A stretch of 35,597 nt of DNA from a virus (Duplodnaviria > Caudoviricetes). Position 1 is the stretch's first letter, and every line of letters starts with the position of its first letter. The notes beneath the pieces are model-generated. The model was not told the origin of the DNA, did not search any database, and was given only the letters and a program-made list of their open reading frames with translations. The DNA lies in IMG/VR virus record IMGVR_UViG_3300016265_000654, positions 1 to 35,597 of that record, one strand, 5' to 3'. Of the stretch, positions 25,510 to 33,462 are shown piece after piece. The position numbers were made by a program, and so were the translations under genes.

Positions 25510-25811
25510 CAGGAGAAGATCCCCACCGCCAGCACCGTCGCGCCGGCACCGGTCGTGATCTTCCATGCGCCTGTGGCCGAGCAGGCATTGATCTCGATTG
25601 AATAGACGCCGATCGGTGTGTTGGCCGGGATCGCCAGGATCGTGGTCGATCCGTCGATCACCGACACCGTCGAGGTCGCGGCGGTCGCCACGGCGACGAC
25701 AATGCGGTGCAGGTAGTCCTGCGTCGCGCCGGTCGGGCCGAGGACCTGATTGGTCTGCGAGGCGGCGACTGCTTCGTAGGCGTACTCGTAAGGATAGGAA
25801 ACGCCGGACAT
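25509..25811 (-). CDS. Conserved phage hypothetical protein
   Basis: YE.VAASQT.QVLG.TGA..DYLHR; WKITTGAG. Confidence 0.75.
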   Translation of the reverse strand: MSGVSYPYEYAYEAVAASQTNQVLGPTGATQDYLHRIVVAVATAATSTVSVIDGSTTILAIPANTPIGVYSIEINACSATGAWKITTGAGATVLAVGIFS

Positions 25812-25821
25812 GCGGGCCTCT

Positions 25822-26211
25822 TCAGGACAGGAATCGGAGCTTGTAGAGCGTGCTGTCGATCAGCGACGCAATGGCGTCAATGTCGTTTTGCAGCTCGCTG
25901 CGGTCGGGAAGTTTCTTGCGCGCCTTTTCAACATAGGCCTTCTGGTCCTCGAAATACGAAACCAGCGCTTCGGCGCCCTTGCCGCGCGGGCTGTCCATGC
26001 GCGCCTGGAATTTGCCGACTAGGCCGTAGCAGCCCTGATAGCTCTCAACGACCTCGTCGACGAGGCCGGGGATCGCCTCGTAATACTCGCCGAGCGCCTT
26101 GTGCGCCGCGTACGAAGTCGTCGACCAGTGCATGAAGTGAGCGGCGACGGCGGTGCAGAGCAGATGCCCGGCAAACTCGCCCATTGCGGCGTGGTATTCG
26201 GAATCGCTCAT
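25822..26211 (-). CDS. Ferritin/Dps-like protein (DUF5856-like)
   Basis: HFMHW.T.SYA.HKALG.YY, D...E.YQG.YG, LQN.ID.I..LIDST.YKLRFL. Confidence 0.75.
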   Translation of the reverse strand: MSDSEYHAAMGEFAGHLLCTAVAAHFMHWSTTSYAAHKALGEYYEAIPGLVDEVVESYQGCYGLVGKFQARMDSPRGKGAEALVSYFEDQKAYVEKARKKLPDRSELQNDIDAIASLIDSTLYKLRFLS

Positions 26212-27551
26212 ATCCTGGCGCTCCTGCGCGGCGCGGTCGACCACAGATCATTGAGGGTAGCGCTGTTCTGCGGTCCTATCAATAATGGCCGCTCGGCCGG
26301 TGGAGTTTCCACCCGCGGCTCCTCTCTCCAGGCTACGGCCATCATGCGGAAAGCGTCAGCCGAGTGCGACGTCCAATCATGCCGCGGCGAGGCCCGAAAC
26401 GCGCGCTTATCCTCGTCATATTCGCGCTGGTATTGCCTCAGCGCCTCGATGCCCTCGCGGCAGCGCTCGGCGTCGAACCAGACGCGCGGCAGCATTAGGC
26501 GCGCGGCCTGGATACCGTCCTGCACGCCTAGGTCCGGCACGATCTGGAACTTGCTGATACCGCCCAGCAGCGCGGCCAGCTGCTCGACCACACTGCGGCC
26601 GCCGCTCGCCAGCGTCTTTGCACGCGCGTCGTGCGGCAGGTAGTGACGGCCGTAGCGATATGGCCGCCCGGCCACGATTTCAGCCAGATCCGCGACGGTC
26701 GAGCCGCTTGACGCGTGATGGTCGATGACGTGGATCTCGCCGCCGGCGACCTGCCACCACCAGATTGCCGTGTCGTCGCGCCACCCGATGTCCCAGGCGG
26801 TGTAGACGGGCAACGCCGGGTCGTGCGGCACGGCGGTAATGCGGCCGGCGTCGAGCGCCTCGCGCATTTCGGTGCCGTAGAACGCCCCGAGGATCGCCGC
26901 GTCAAACGAACACTCGTACTCCTGATCGTATTGGTCCTGCGTCAGCTGGGCGCGCAGGGCGTGAAGCTCGGTGGCGGGCAGGATGCCGCTGTCGCTGGCG
27001 CGCAAGGTCATGCAAAACCAATCGGGGCTGCGTTGGGCGGCTTCGTAGACCGAATAAAACTGGTTCCTGCCTTTTGGCGTCCCGCCGATCACCGCCCAAC
27101 CTTGCTTGTCGGACAGCGTGGGGCGGATGACGTTGCCCCAGACGCTCGGGCGGAAATCGCCATATTCGTCGAGATAGGCGCCATCGAAGCCCAGGCCGCG
27201 CATTGCGTCGGCGTTATCGGCACCGAATAGCTGAATCTTGGCGCCGGTGCGCGTGGTCAACAGCAGCTCGGCCTCGTTGACGCCGGCAGTCGCCGGCTCG
27301 GCGTAGCGTTTGAGGTAGTCCCAGGCCACGCTTTTCGCCTGCGATCGGAACGGCGCGACGTAGGCGTAGTGCGCGTGCGGCCGCTGCGCAGTGATCGCGG
27401 CTCGGATCAGGTCGTTGATCGCGGCCACCGTCTTGCCTGCGCGGCGGTGCGCCACAAGGCAAGCCCAGCGCTGATTCCGCCCGTGAAAAGGCAGGAAGGC
27501 CTTGCGTGGACTGTAAGGCATCCGAACGCGCGCGACGCGCTCGGCGGTCAC
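26208..27551 (-). CDS. terL: Terminase large subunit
   Basis: Walker A HRRAGKT, Walker B YLDE, GTPKG, WDIG..D.TAIW nuclease, HDW.SH.ADAF. Confidence 0.93.
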   Translation of the reverse strand: MTAERVARVRMPYSPRKAFLPFHGRNQRWACLVAHRRAGKTVAAINDLIRAAITAQRPHAHYAYVAPFRSQAKSVAWDYLKRYAEPATAGVNEAELLLTTRTGAKIQLFGADNADAMRGLGFDGAYLDEYGDFRPSVWGNVIRPTLSDKQGWAVIGGTPKGRNQFYSVYEAAQRSPDWFCMTLRASDSGILPATELHALRAQLTQDQYDQEYECSFDAAILGAFYGTEMREALDAGRITAVPHDPALPVYTAWDIGWRDDTAIWWWQVAGGEIHVIDHHASSGSTVADLAEIVAGRPYRYGRHYLPHDARAKTLASGGRSVVEQLAALLGGISKFQIVPDLGVQDGIQAARLMLPRVWFDAERCREGIEALRQYQREYDEDKRAFRASPRHDWTSHSADAFRMMAVAWREEPRVETPPAERPLLIGPQNSATLNDLWSTAPRRSARI

Positions 27552-27844
27552 GTCGGCTCGCCCCACTCGTAGATGATCTTCTGCGGGCCGCCGTCGGCGC
27601 CGGTAACCTCGGTGCGCTGCAGCTTCGGCACGTGGTACTCGACCATGTCTTGAATGCACCGAAACGCCGCCATCGGCCCTTCCTCGGCCTCGATGCGCTC
27701 CAGTAGATGCGATAGCCGCGGCGTCTGCTGCTCAACGAACGCGGCGATGGCCTCGCGCGCGTTAGCGGTAGCTTTGTTAGGCAGCCCTTTTGGGCGTCCA
27801 GGCCCAGGTTTTCTGCCTTTTTTGAAACTTGTTCCGTTGTTCAC
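27548..27844 (-). CDS. terS: Terminase small subunit (putative)
   Basis: GRPKG.PNK.T, PKL.RTEVTG.DGGP; GTGA overlap with terL. Confidence 0.7.
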   Translation of the reverse strand: MNNGTSFKKGRKPGPGRPKGLPNKATANAREAIAAFVEQQTPRLSHLLERIEAEEGPMAAFRCIQDMVEYHVPKLQRTEVTGADGGPQKIIYEWGEPT

Positions 27845-28029
27845 GTGTCATCGGCGCCGGTCAAGCGCCGCCGCGCATAAGCCTTCATCGCCTCGGCCAA
27901 GCGCTTGCCCTTGTCCGCCTGATTGAACTTGCGCGCCACCTTCTGCGGCACGCCAACCTTGCGCGCAAACTCGGGATCATGCGCAGCTGCGGCCATCATT
28001 CTGGCCTGCGCGGGCGACTTGCTCGGCAT
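27841..28029 (-). CDS. Conserved small phage protein, first gene of the late block
   Basis: MPS.S..Q...M.AAAH.P.FA.KVG.PQ.VA..F..ADKG. Confidence 0.75.
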   Translation of the reverse strand: MPSKSPAQARMMAAAAHDPEFARKVGVPQKVARKFNQADKGKRLAEAMKAYARRRLTGADDT

Positions 28030-28155
28030 GACCCAAACATGGCGCACCCCGAGCTATGCGTCAAGCGGTGCGAGGTATGCAGTCTTTGCGCTGCTCATCC
28101 GGCGCGGCGCCGCATACCTTCTGCCCATCGCAACGCCAACCCATGGAGACCACAA

Positions 28156-28374
28156 ATGCTCACCCACACGATCAACGGCACCACCCTCCGCGCTCGCACT
28201 GTCGAAGCCCTTTTCCTCAAAATTGCTCGCGCCCTGGGCGGCAAGAGCTATTTGGCGCGTCTCGACAGCTGGACCGAGGACGGCGAGCGTACCTACGAGA
28301 TTACGGCAACGACGTACCTGCCGCGCCAGCGTTGCAGCGAGGTGCATGGCCGCCGTTTTGTGGTGGTGCGCTGA
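28156..28374 (+). CDS. Hypothetical protein (72 aa)
   Basis: GGAGA RBS; opposite strand to the flanking modules. Confidence 0.65.
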   Translation: MLTHTINGTTLRARTVEALFLKIARALGGKSYLARLDSWTEDGERTYEITATTYLPRQRCSEVHGRRFVVVR

Positions 28375-28417
28375 TGCGCGTCCACCCGGAAATGAGCCTC
28401 ACCCGTCTCCGCGCCTA

Positions 28418-28597
28418 ATGCGCCCCGCCCGCCAAGCCTGGACCCCCGGCGCGCTGGTGCGCGTCGGGTTCCTCCAGCTCCGCGTTCTGGAGCGCATCCC
28501 AACCCCCGGCGACTACATGCCCGACGAATGGCTCCTCGAATCCGCCAACGGCATCCGCTATTCGTTCGTGCCGCACCACGGCCTAGTCCGCCTCTAG
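28418..28597 (+). CDS. Hypothetical SH3-like small protein (59 aa)
   Basis: W.PG..V.VGFL.L.V....TPGD..PD...L......Y.FVPH.GL. Confidence 0.65.
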   Translation: MRPARQAWTPGALVRVGFLQLRVLERIPTPGDYMPDEWLLESANGIRYSFVPHHGLVRL

Positions 28598-28676
28598 AAT
28601 CAACGCCAGCCCGGTTTTTCCGGTCACCGGCAAGCAAAACAGCCCGGCCCGCTACCCACGTAGCCGCCGGGCCTCT

Positions 28677-29249
28677 TCATGCGTCCTGCGGGCCTTCCAG
28701 CGGGTTTCCGTCCGAATCGGTCCGCGTGCCCCGAAAACCGGCCATCAGCCGGTCAAACTCGGCGCGCTGCTCCGGCGTCAGTTCCGACCAGCGCGTTCCG
28801 GCCGTCCGCTCGGACACCGGCAAGGCGATCAATCGGCGCAGCTGGTGGCGCAGCGTCTTCGCCTCGGTCGTCTCGGCCTCAAGGTGCTCGCAAAGCTCGG
28901 CGTAGCTCGGAAAGAACTTGAACTTCCGCGCCGCCGCGTTGAGCGACCGCCGATTGAACGCCGAAGCCGGAAATTCCAGCATGGTGGCCATCGCGTGAAT
29001 TTTACGCGCCGCCTCGGCCTCGCCGGGTGCGGCGGCGACCAAAGCGCCAAGCGCCTCCAGCCATCGCTTGACCAGATCGGTCGGCGCCGGCTGCAGAGCC
29101 GCGTCAACGGCCGCCATCGCGGCCCGCGCCTCGGCGATCATCTGGGATGAGATCGATAATGGTTCCCCCGGCTGCGCGTTCTCGATCTTCGCGAGCGCGT
29201 TTTTCAGCGAGGGCGATAAAACCGTTGCGATAGCGAGGCTGTTCGACAT
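28677..29249 (-). CDS. Replication accessory protein (helicase loader-like by position)
   Basis: AAGGA RBS; KFFPS.AEL motif; follows the initiator gene. Confidence 0.6.
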   Translation of the reverse strand: MSNSLAIATVLSPSLKNALAKIENAQPGEPLSISSQMIAEARAAMAAVDAALQPAPTDLVKRWLEALGALVAAAPGEAEAARKIHAMATMLEFPASAFNRRSLNAAARKFKFFPSYAELCEHLEAETTEAKTLRHQLRRLIALPVSERTAGTRWSELTPEQRAEFDRLMAGFRGTRTDSDGNPLEGPQDA

Positions 29250-30030
29250 GGGCGGGTTTCCTTTCGGCAGAACGGCGCACCCAATTGCGCCACGTGGCTG
29301 ACCAGTTCGATTTCCGTCCGGCGGCGCCGGGCTTGCTCGTCCAATAGTCGCGGAACGATCCGGCTTCGCGCTCCGGGTCGATGCCCTCGGCCTGGGCGAA
29401 AGCCCGATCCTCGTCCGATGGCGTCCAGTCGCTCGGCAGGCGAGAGCCTCGGTCGGATTTTTCCGGTTTCGCGCTTGTCGCGTCCAACAGAGAAAGCTTG
29501 GCGGAACGGTTTTGATCGGGAGTGACAGGTTCTGGGGTCGTAACGGTATCTCTCTTACTTTGACTGTCTATCTCTATGTCTATGTCCTTTGCATTGCCGC
29601 GGCTTTGCCGTGGCTGTGCCGCGGCATAGGCGCCATCGTTGTTTTCATTGGCTTTTTGCCACCTTCGCTTGGCCCTGTCAGATTGCATGTTGCGTTGCAC
29701 AAGTCCGCGCCGAGCCTGGGTTGCGACGAGCGGATGATACAATCTCCCGTCCGCGCAAAGCACAAAACCGCGCAGCGCCACGTCCCTAACGCGAGGCCAT
29801 TTTGCCCCAGCGCGCGACAGGAACTTCAAAATGCGCTCATCGTTCGGCAGGCTGCCCGCGGGCACCTGATACCAAGCCGCGCACCATAGAGTTACGGCGG
29901 CCTTGAACTCGTCGCCAGTCGAGATGGCCATCAGGTCGCTGTCGAGCAGACGCTGGACCTCAAGCGGCATGAAAGGCATCCGGCGCATGTCGCAATCCGG
30001 AGGCGTCATGGGTTCGGGTAAATCGCTCAT
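29104..30030 (-). CDS. Replication initiator, DUF1376/YdaU-like
   Basis: LP.P.TP.DCD.R..PFMPL.V.RL.DS, W.Q.PAGSLP.DE, DGRLYH; C-terminal RLP.DW.P, FRDYW, W.ATWRNW. Confidence 0.8.
   Translation of the reverse strand: MSDLPEPMTPPDCDMRRMPFMPLEVQRLLDSDLMAISTGDEFKAAVTLWCAAWYQVPAGSLPNDERILKFLSRAGAKWPRVRDVALRGFVLCADGRLYHPLVATQARRGLVQRNMQSDRAKRRWQKANENNDGAYAAAQPRQSRGNAKDIDIEIDSQSKRDTVTTPEPVTPDQNRSAKLSLLDATSAKPEKSDRGSRLPSDWTPSDEDRAFAQAEGIDPEREAGSFRDYWTSKPGAAGRKSNWSATWRNWVRRSAERKPAHVEQPRYRNGFIALAEKRAREDRERAAGGTIIDLIPDDRRGAGRDGGR
29595..29626. repeat. Three iteron-like repeats (TGCCGYGGC, 11-bp period): putative replication origin
   Basis: Copies at 29595, 29606 and 29617, inside the initiator gene and flanked by AT-richer tracts. 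Confidence 0.55.
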
Positions 30031-30113
30031 TTCGGGCCTTCACTGTTGCCCGACGCGCATGACCGCGCTATGTTCGCGCCGCGCTACGCGTCGGATGCCG
30101 CATCATCCGTATT

Positions 30114-30148
30114 GCCCCGGGGCCGCTTCCAACGGTCTCGGGGCTTTT
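30114..30148 (+). terminator. 12-bp hairpin with T-tract (terminator on +, or 5' leader hairpin on -)
   Basis: GCCCCGGGGCCG-CTTCCAA-CGGTCTCGGGGC followed by TTTT. Confidence 0.5.
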
Positions 30149-30150
30149 CA

Positions 30151-30179
30151 TTTGTAGCGCGCTATCGTTGCCCAATCAA
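30151..30179 (-). promoter_or_regulatory. Putative sigma70 promoter for the replication genes
   Basis: TTGATT-N17-TACAAA in a GCTACA context. Confidence 0.45.
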
Positions 30180-30307
30180 CTTCCGATTAATGGCGGGCTC
30201 GATCCATCGGGTAACGACATGGCCCGGAGACCCGTTAACGCTCGCGCGCTGGACCGATTCTGAAGCTCGGATGCCCGCCGGCATCCGCAAGGGAGGGTCC
30301 GGGCTGT

Positions 30308-30559
30308 TCAAATAAGGGTCAGCTGCACTCCCAAGCGGTCAGCATACAGCGCCACCGCCTGCAATCGTTCTTCCGCGCGCGCCCGCTTCCGGTCGTCGCG
30401 CCGCAGCTTGGCGACCGACAACAACGCCGCCGGGTCGAATCCCGCCGACTTGATTTCCGCCTTCAAGTCTTTCATCGCCGCGCTGGCCGTCTCGACCTCG
30501 TCGAGAACCCGGTCAAGCCGGTCGGCGAAGCGAGACAGATCGTCATTCGGTGTGGTCAT
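30308..30559 (-). CDS. GapR-like (DUF2312) nucleoid-associated protein
   Basis: L..F.DR..R..DE......KD..AE.KSAGFD......V.KLR. Confidence 0.7.
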   Translation of the reverse strand: MTTPNDDLSRFADRLDRVLDEVETASAAMKDLKAEIKSAGFDPAALLSVAKLRRDDRKRARAEERLQAVALYADRLGVQLTLI

Positions 30560-30938
30560 CGTCGAAAACCTCCTCGATGTGCAGCTCGGTCCGGGGCTGC
30601 GTCCGGTCGATGTGGTGAAACAGGTGCATCTCTCGCACCTGCCGGTCGTTGCGGTAGATCCGATCCTGAAGCCCGTCAAGGATCAGCGAAATGTCCAGAT
30701 CCGGCCGCTGCGACGCGTAGAACACCCGCGCAGTCAGCTTGAGCGTCCCGCGCAGCTGCTCGGCCTCGGGCAGCCGCGGCACCTGAAGCCTGAGCGCGTC
30801 GACGTAGGTCAGCGCCTTTTGCGACTTGATGAACGCAACCCGCCCGCCGCGGCGCACCATCCGGCGGCTATTGGCCTTGCTCGCAGGTTCCCCGGCAATC
30901 ACTCCGGCCCACCAGCGCAGCGGCAGCGCGCGCTTCAT
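30543..30938 (-). CDS. rusA: RusA-family Holliday junction resolvase
   Basis: GEPASKANSR, RPDLD....LDGLQ..IY.NDRQV, D...PR. Confidence 0.85.
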   Translation of the reverse strand: MKRALPLRWWAGVIAGEPASKANSRRMVRRGGRVAFIKSQKALTYVDALRLQVPRLPEAEQLRGTLKLTARVFYASQRPDLDISLILDGLQDRIYRNDRQVREMHLFHHIDRTQPRTELHIEEVFDDDHTE

Positions 30939-31618
30939 GGTCTGGCCTCGATCACGCTCTGCGCGGTTGAGGCGCGCGCCACGGCCTGACAAGGCCGATC
31001 AAAGCGCGCCGGGCTGAAATGCAAATTCGCGCGCGGATGGTTTTCATACCGCAAACCGGCCATCAGCTCCGCCCAAAGCGACTCCGCCTCGGCGACGCGC
31101 GACGCCCTGGTCTGCTCCCGCGCCTCATCCCACGTCATGACGCGCCGATCAGCGACGTCCTCCGGCAACAGCGTGTACGAGCGCGCATCGCCAACCCCGG
31201 TCCGCTCGATCTGGCCGCGCGCGATCCGACCCGCGATGTTGTTTCTGAGCCGATCCAAACTGACGCCCGCTTTCGCCATTTCTGCGGCGATTTCGGACTC
31301 AAGCAGCGTGTTGCCGGGCGCGCGCCGCAGCATCTCAAAAATCACCGGCATGACCGGCGTTTTGTTGAGCCGCGCGCGCAGCGGCCGGGCCAGAAACCCG
31401 TCGCCCTCGCGATTTAGCGTGCCATCGGCGACCGCTTCGCGGAGCTTTTTGACAATGAATCCGCGACGATGCCGCGCAATCGCCAGCGCCTGCTTGCGCC
31501 TCAGCTCGCCATGCGGCGTCGTGGCCCGAGGCGGCGCAAATCGCGCGACAATATCCGCCTCCGGCACCGGCCCTGGCTGCGTGCGGAGCCACGCGACGAT
31601 TTTTTCGATCAGCGTCAT
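30935..31618 (-). CDS. Hypothetical protein, possibly tandem winged-HTH
   Basis: Two helix-helix-wing-like segments ending GTLNREG and GQIERTG...Y.L; ATGA overlaps. Confidence 0.6.
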   Translation of the reverse strand: MTLIEKIVAWLRTQPGPVPEADIVARFAPPRATTPHGELRRKQALAIARHRRGFIVKKLREAVADGTLNREGDGFLARPLRARLNKTPVMPVIFEMLRRAPGNTLLESEIAAEMAKAGVSLDRLRNNIAGRIARGQIERTGVGDARSYTLLPEDVADRRVMTWDEAREQTRASRVAEAESLWAELMAGLRYENHPRANLHFSPARFDRPCQAVARASTAQSVIEARP

Positions 31619-31806
31619 TCCGCGCGTCCTCTCGGCAAATGCTCCTCGCGATAGCGCCGCGTCCGCTTGCGGTCGTTCAAGACCGCCAAAATCGCCGCGC
31701 GCCATGCGGGCGGAATGCGCCGTTGGCGCCATTTCTTTGCGGTTTGGTATGGGACGCCTAAGCGGTCCGCGACCGCGTGAACGGTATGCCAGTCGATCTG
31801 CATCAT
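31615..31806 (-). CDS. Cro-like HTH regulator, probably leaderless
   Basis: VADRLGVPYQTAKKWRQR.IP..W HTH; first gene after the divergent promoter. Confidence 0.75.
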   Translation of the reverse strand: MMQIDWHTVHAVADRLGVPYQTAKKWRQRRIPPAWRAAILAVLNDRKRTRRYREEHLPRGRAE

Positions 31807-31812
31807 GCGCGC

Positions 31813-31879
31813 ATCATGGGACAATCGTCCCGCAATGTCAAAAAAGATGTTGACGCCGGGGACAGGTGTCCCCTAGTGT
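31813..31879. promoter_or_regulatory. Divergent sigma70 promoters, each with a GGGAC-N4-GTCCC operator in its spacer
   Basis: Minus strand TTGACA-N17-CATGAT; plus strand TTGACG-N18-TAGTGT; palindromes at 31818-31831 and 31858-31873. Confidence 0.8.
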
Positions 31880-31925
31880 GCCTTTACCGACGGCGTGGGG
31901 TCGTTGGTTTTCGAGGGAGAGCAGC

Positions 31926-32165
31926 ATGGCAATGAATGCAAGCGTCAGCATCACCAGCGGCAGCGAAATGATCGCAGAAGTTGGAAATCACAAGACAAAT
32001 AGCTGGCTCTGGCTTACCGCCAAAGATGGCGACTTCAACCGCTACACGATCACGTTTTTGACCATAGACGACGCCGAGCGCGCCGCGCGCGCGATCCTCG
32101 CCGCCGTCGCCAGCGCTCGTTCGTCCGCTGCGCCTCAGGGCCTCGTGGTTGAGGATGTGGTCTGA
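31926..32165 (+). CDS. Hypothetical early protein (79 aa)
   Basis: GGGAGAG RBS; first gene after the rightward promoter. Confidence 0.7.
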   Translation: MAMNASVSITSGSEMIAEVGNHKTNSWLWLTAKDGDFNRYTITFLTIDDAERAARAILAAVASARSSAAPQGLVVEDVV

Positions 32166-32455
32166 TGTTCACCCAATTCGTTCGCCTGGAGGAACGCGCC
32201 ATGTCCGTCCGATCCGAAATCGCCAGCGACGTCGCCACTGATATCGGGTTCATGCGCAACGCCGCTCTGGCCGACATCCGCGCTCGACTTGGTACCTTGG
32301 TCGCCGACGTCGAGCGCGCCGCCCGCGACATTGCCAACGTCGACATTAGCGTCGAGCAGCTGCTGCTGGCTGGCCAGCAGATCGAGGATGCGCTCGACGA
32401 CCTTCTGCATGACCTGCGTAACGACCTAGCCGAAATCGAGCGCGGCGATGCCTGA
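32165..32455 (+). CDS. Hypothetical helical protein
   Basis: TGATG overlap; alternative start at 32201 has a GGAGG RBS. Confidence 0.7.
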   Translation: MFTQFVRLEERAMSVRSEIASDVATDIGFMRNAALADIRARLGTLVADVERAARDIANVDISVEQLLLAGQQIEDALDDLLHDLRNDLAEIERGDA

Positions 32456-32603
32456 CGCGTCAGAGCGGCGGCGCGCCTTGGCTGCGCACCGCCGCCTCGT
32501 CCGCGCCGCGATGATGGCGCCGCGTGGGCAAAAACAGAAAAGGCTAGAGACGCTTCGGGCTTGGGTCCGGGCGCAATTGAGGAGGGAGATCAATGATCGC
32601 TGA
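32448..32603 (+). CDS. Small basic hypothetical protein (51 aa)
   Basis: Manual translation MPDASERRRALAAHRRLVRAAMMAPRGQKQKRLETLRAWVRAQLRREINDR*; fills the gap and overlaps both neighbours. Confidence 0.55.
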   Translation: MPDASERRRALAAHRRLVRAAMMAPRGQKQKRLETLRAWVRAQLRREINDR

Positions 32604-33462
32604 CGGCATCCACCACAATCTGAGCTTCTCTCAGTACCTCGACCACGGCACGTTCGGTTTGCGCGCGGTGTCCGGCTCGGATCTCGTAGGTTTTGAGGTC
32701 GAGTGCCCGGCCCATGCCTACGCTTTTTGGCGCGGAAACCCCGATCGTGAGACGAGCGACGCCACGCCCGCGATGGCGTTCGGCAGCGCCGCGCACGCCT
32801 ACATTTTGGAGGGTGCCGAAGCCTTCCACGCACGCTACGCGGTCAAACCGGACGGCCTCAGTTTGGCCACCCGCGAGGGCAAGCAATGGAAGGAAAGCTT
32901 GGGCGGCCGCGAGATCGTCAGCTTCACCGATCACATGCGCATTGTCGCAATGGCCGGCGCCCTGATGAGCAACCCCGCCGTCGCTAAACTGCTGCGCGCG
33001 GGCGGCGTCGCCGAAGCCACGTTGGTGGCGACCGATCCCGAGACCGGCCTGCGCTTGTTGACCCGGCCCGACCTGTTCGTGCAGCGCCTCGGGCTAAACG
33101 TCAATTTGAAGACCACGCAAACGCCGCACCCCGAAGCATGGCGCCGCACCTGCGCGAACCTGCGTTATGACCTGTCCGACGCCCTGTTTCGCCGCGTCGC
33201 GCGACTGCTGAAAATCGAGAATGCCAGCCATGCGTTCTTGGTGGTTGGCAGCAAGCCCCCACACCTGAACTATGTCGCCGCGCTGTCTGCCGAAGCGGCG
33301 CACGCAGCGGACCAGCAGCTCGACCAGATCCTGCGCCGGTTCGCGGCGTGCATCGACTCCGGCAAATGGCCCGGCTACGCCGATGGCGTCGTCGAAATCG
33401 GCCTGCCCACCTGGGCGGCCGCGAAGATTCAGAACTCTATCATTGAGGGAGACAACCAGTGA
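32593..33462 (+). CDS. RecE/exonuclease VIII-like PD-(D/E)XK protein (DUF3799-like) with degenerate active-site motifs
   Basis: T.AM.FGSA.H..ILE, E......D.ETG....RPD, LKTT, WPGY; upstream of RecT. Confidence 0.8.
   Translation: MIADGIHHNLSFSQYLDHGTFGLRAVSGSDLVGFEVECPAHAYAFWRGNPDRETSDATPAMAFGSAAHAYILEGAEAFHARYAVKPDGLSLATREGKQWKESLGGREIVSFTDHMRIVAMAGALMSNPAVAKLLRAGGVAEATLVATDPETGLRLLTRPDLFVQRLGLNVNLKTTQTPHPEAWRRTCANLRYDLSDALFRRVARLLKIENASHAFLVVGSKPPHLNYVAALSAEAAHAADQQLDQILRRFAACIDSGKWPGYADGVVEIGLPTWAAAKIQNSIIEGDNQ

Noticed and set aside
28600-28676. Terminator between the convergent genes
   Set aside because: Imperfect stems (GGCCCG...CGGGCC) exist, but there is no convincing adjacent U-tract on either strand.
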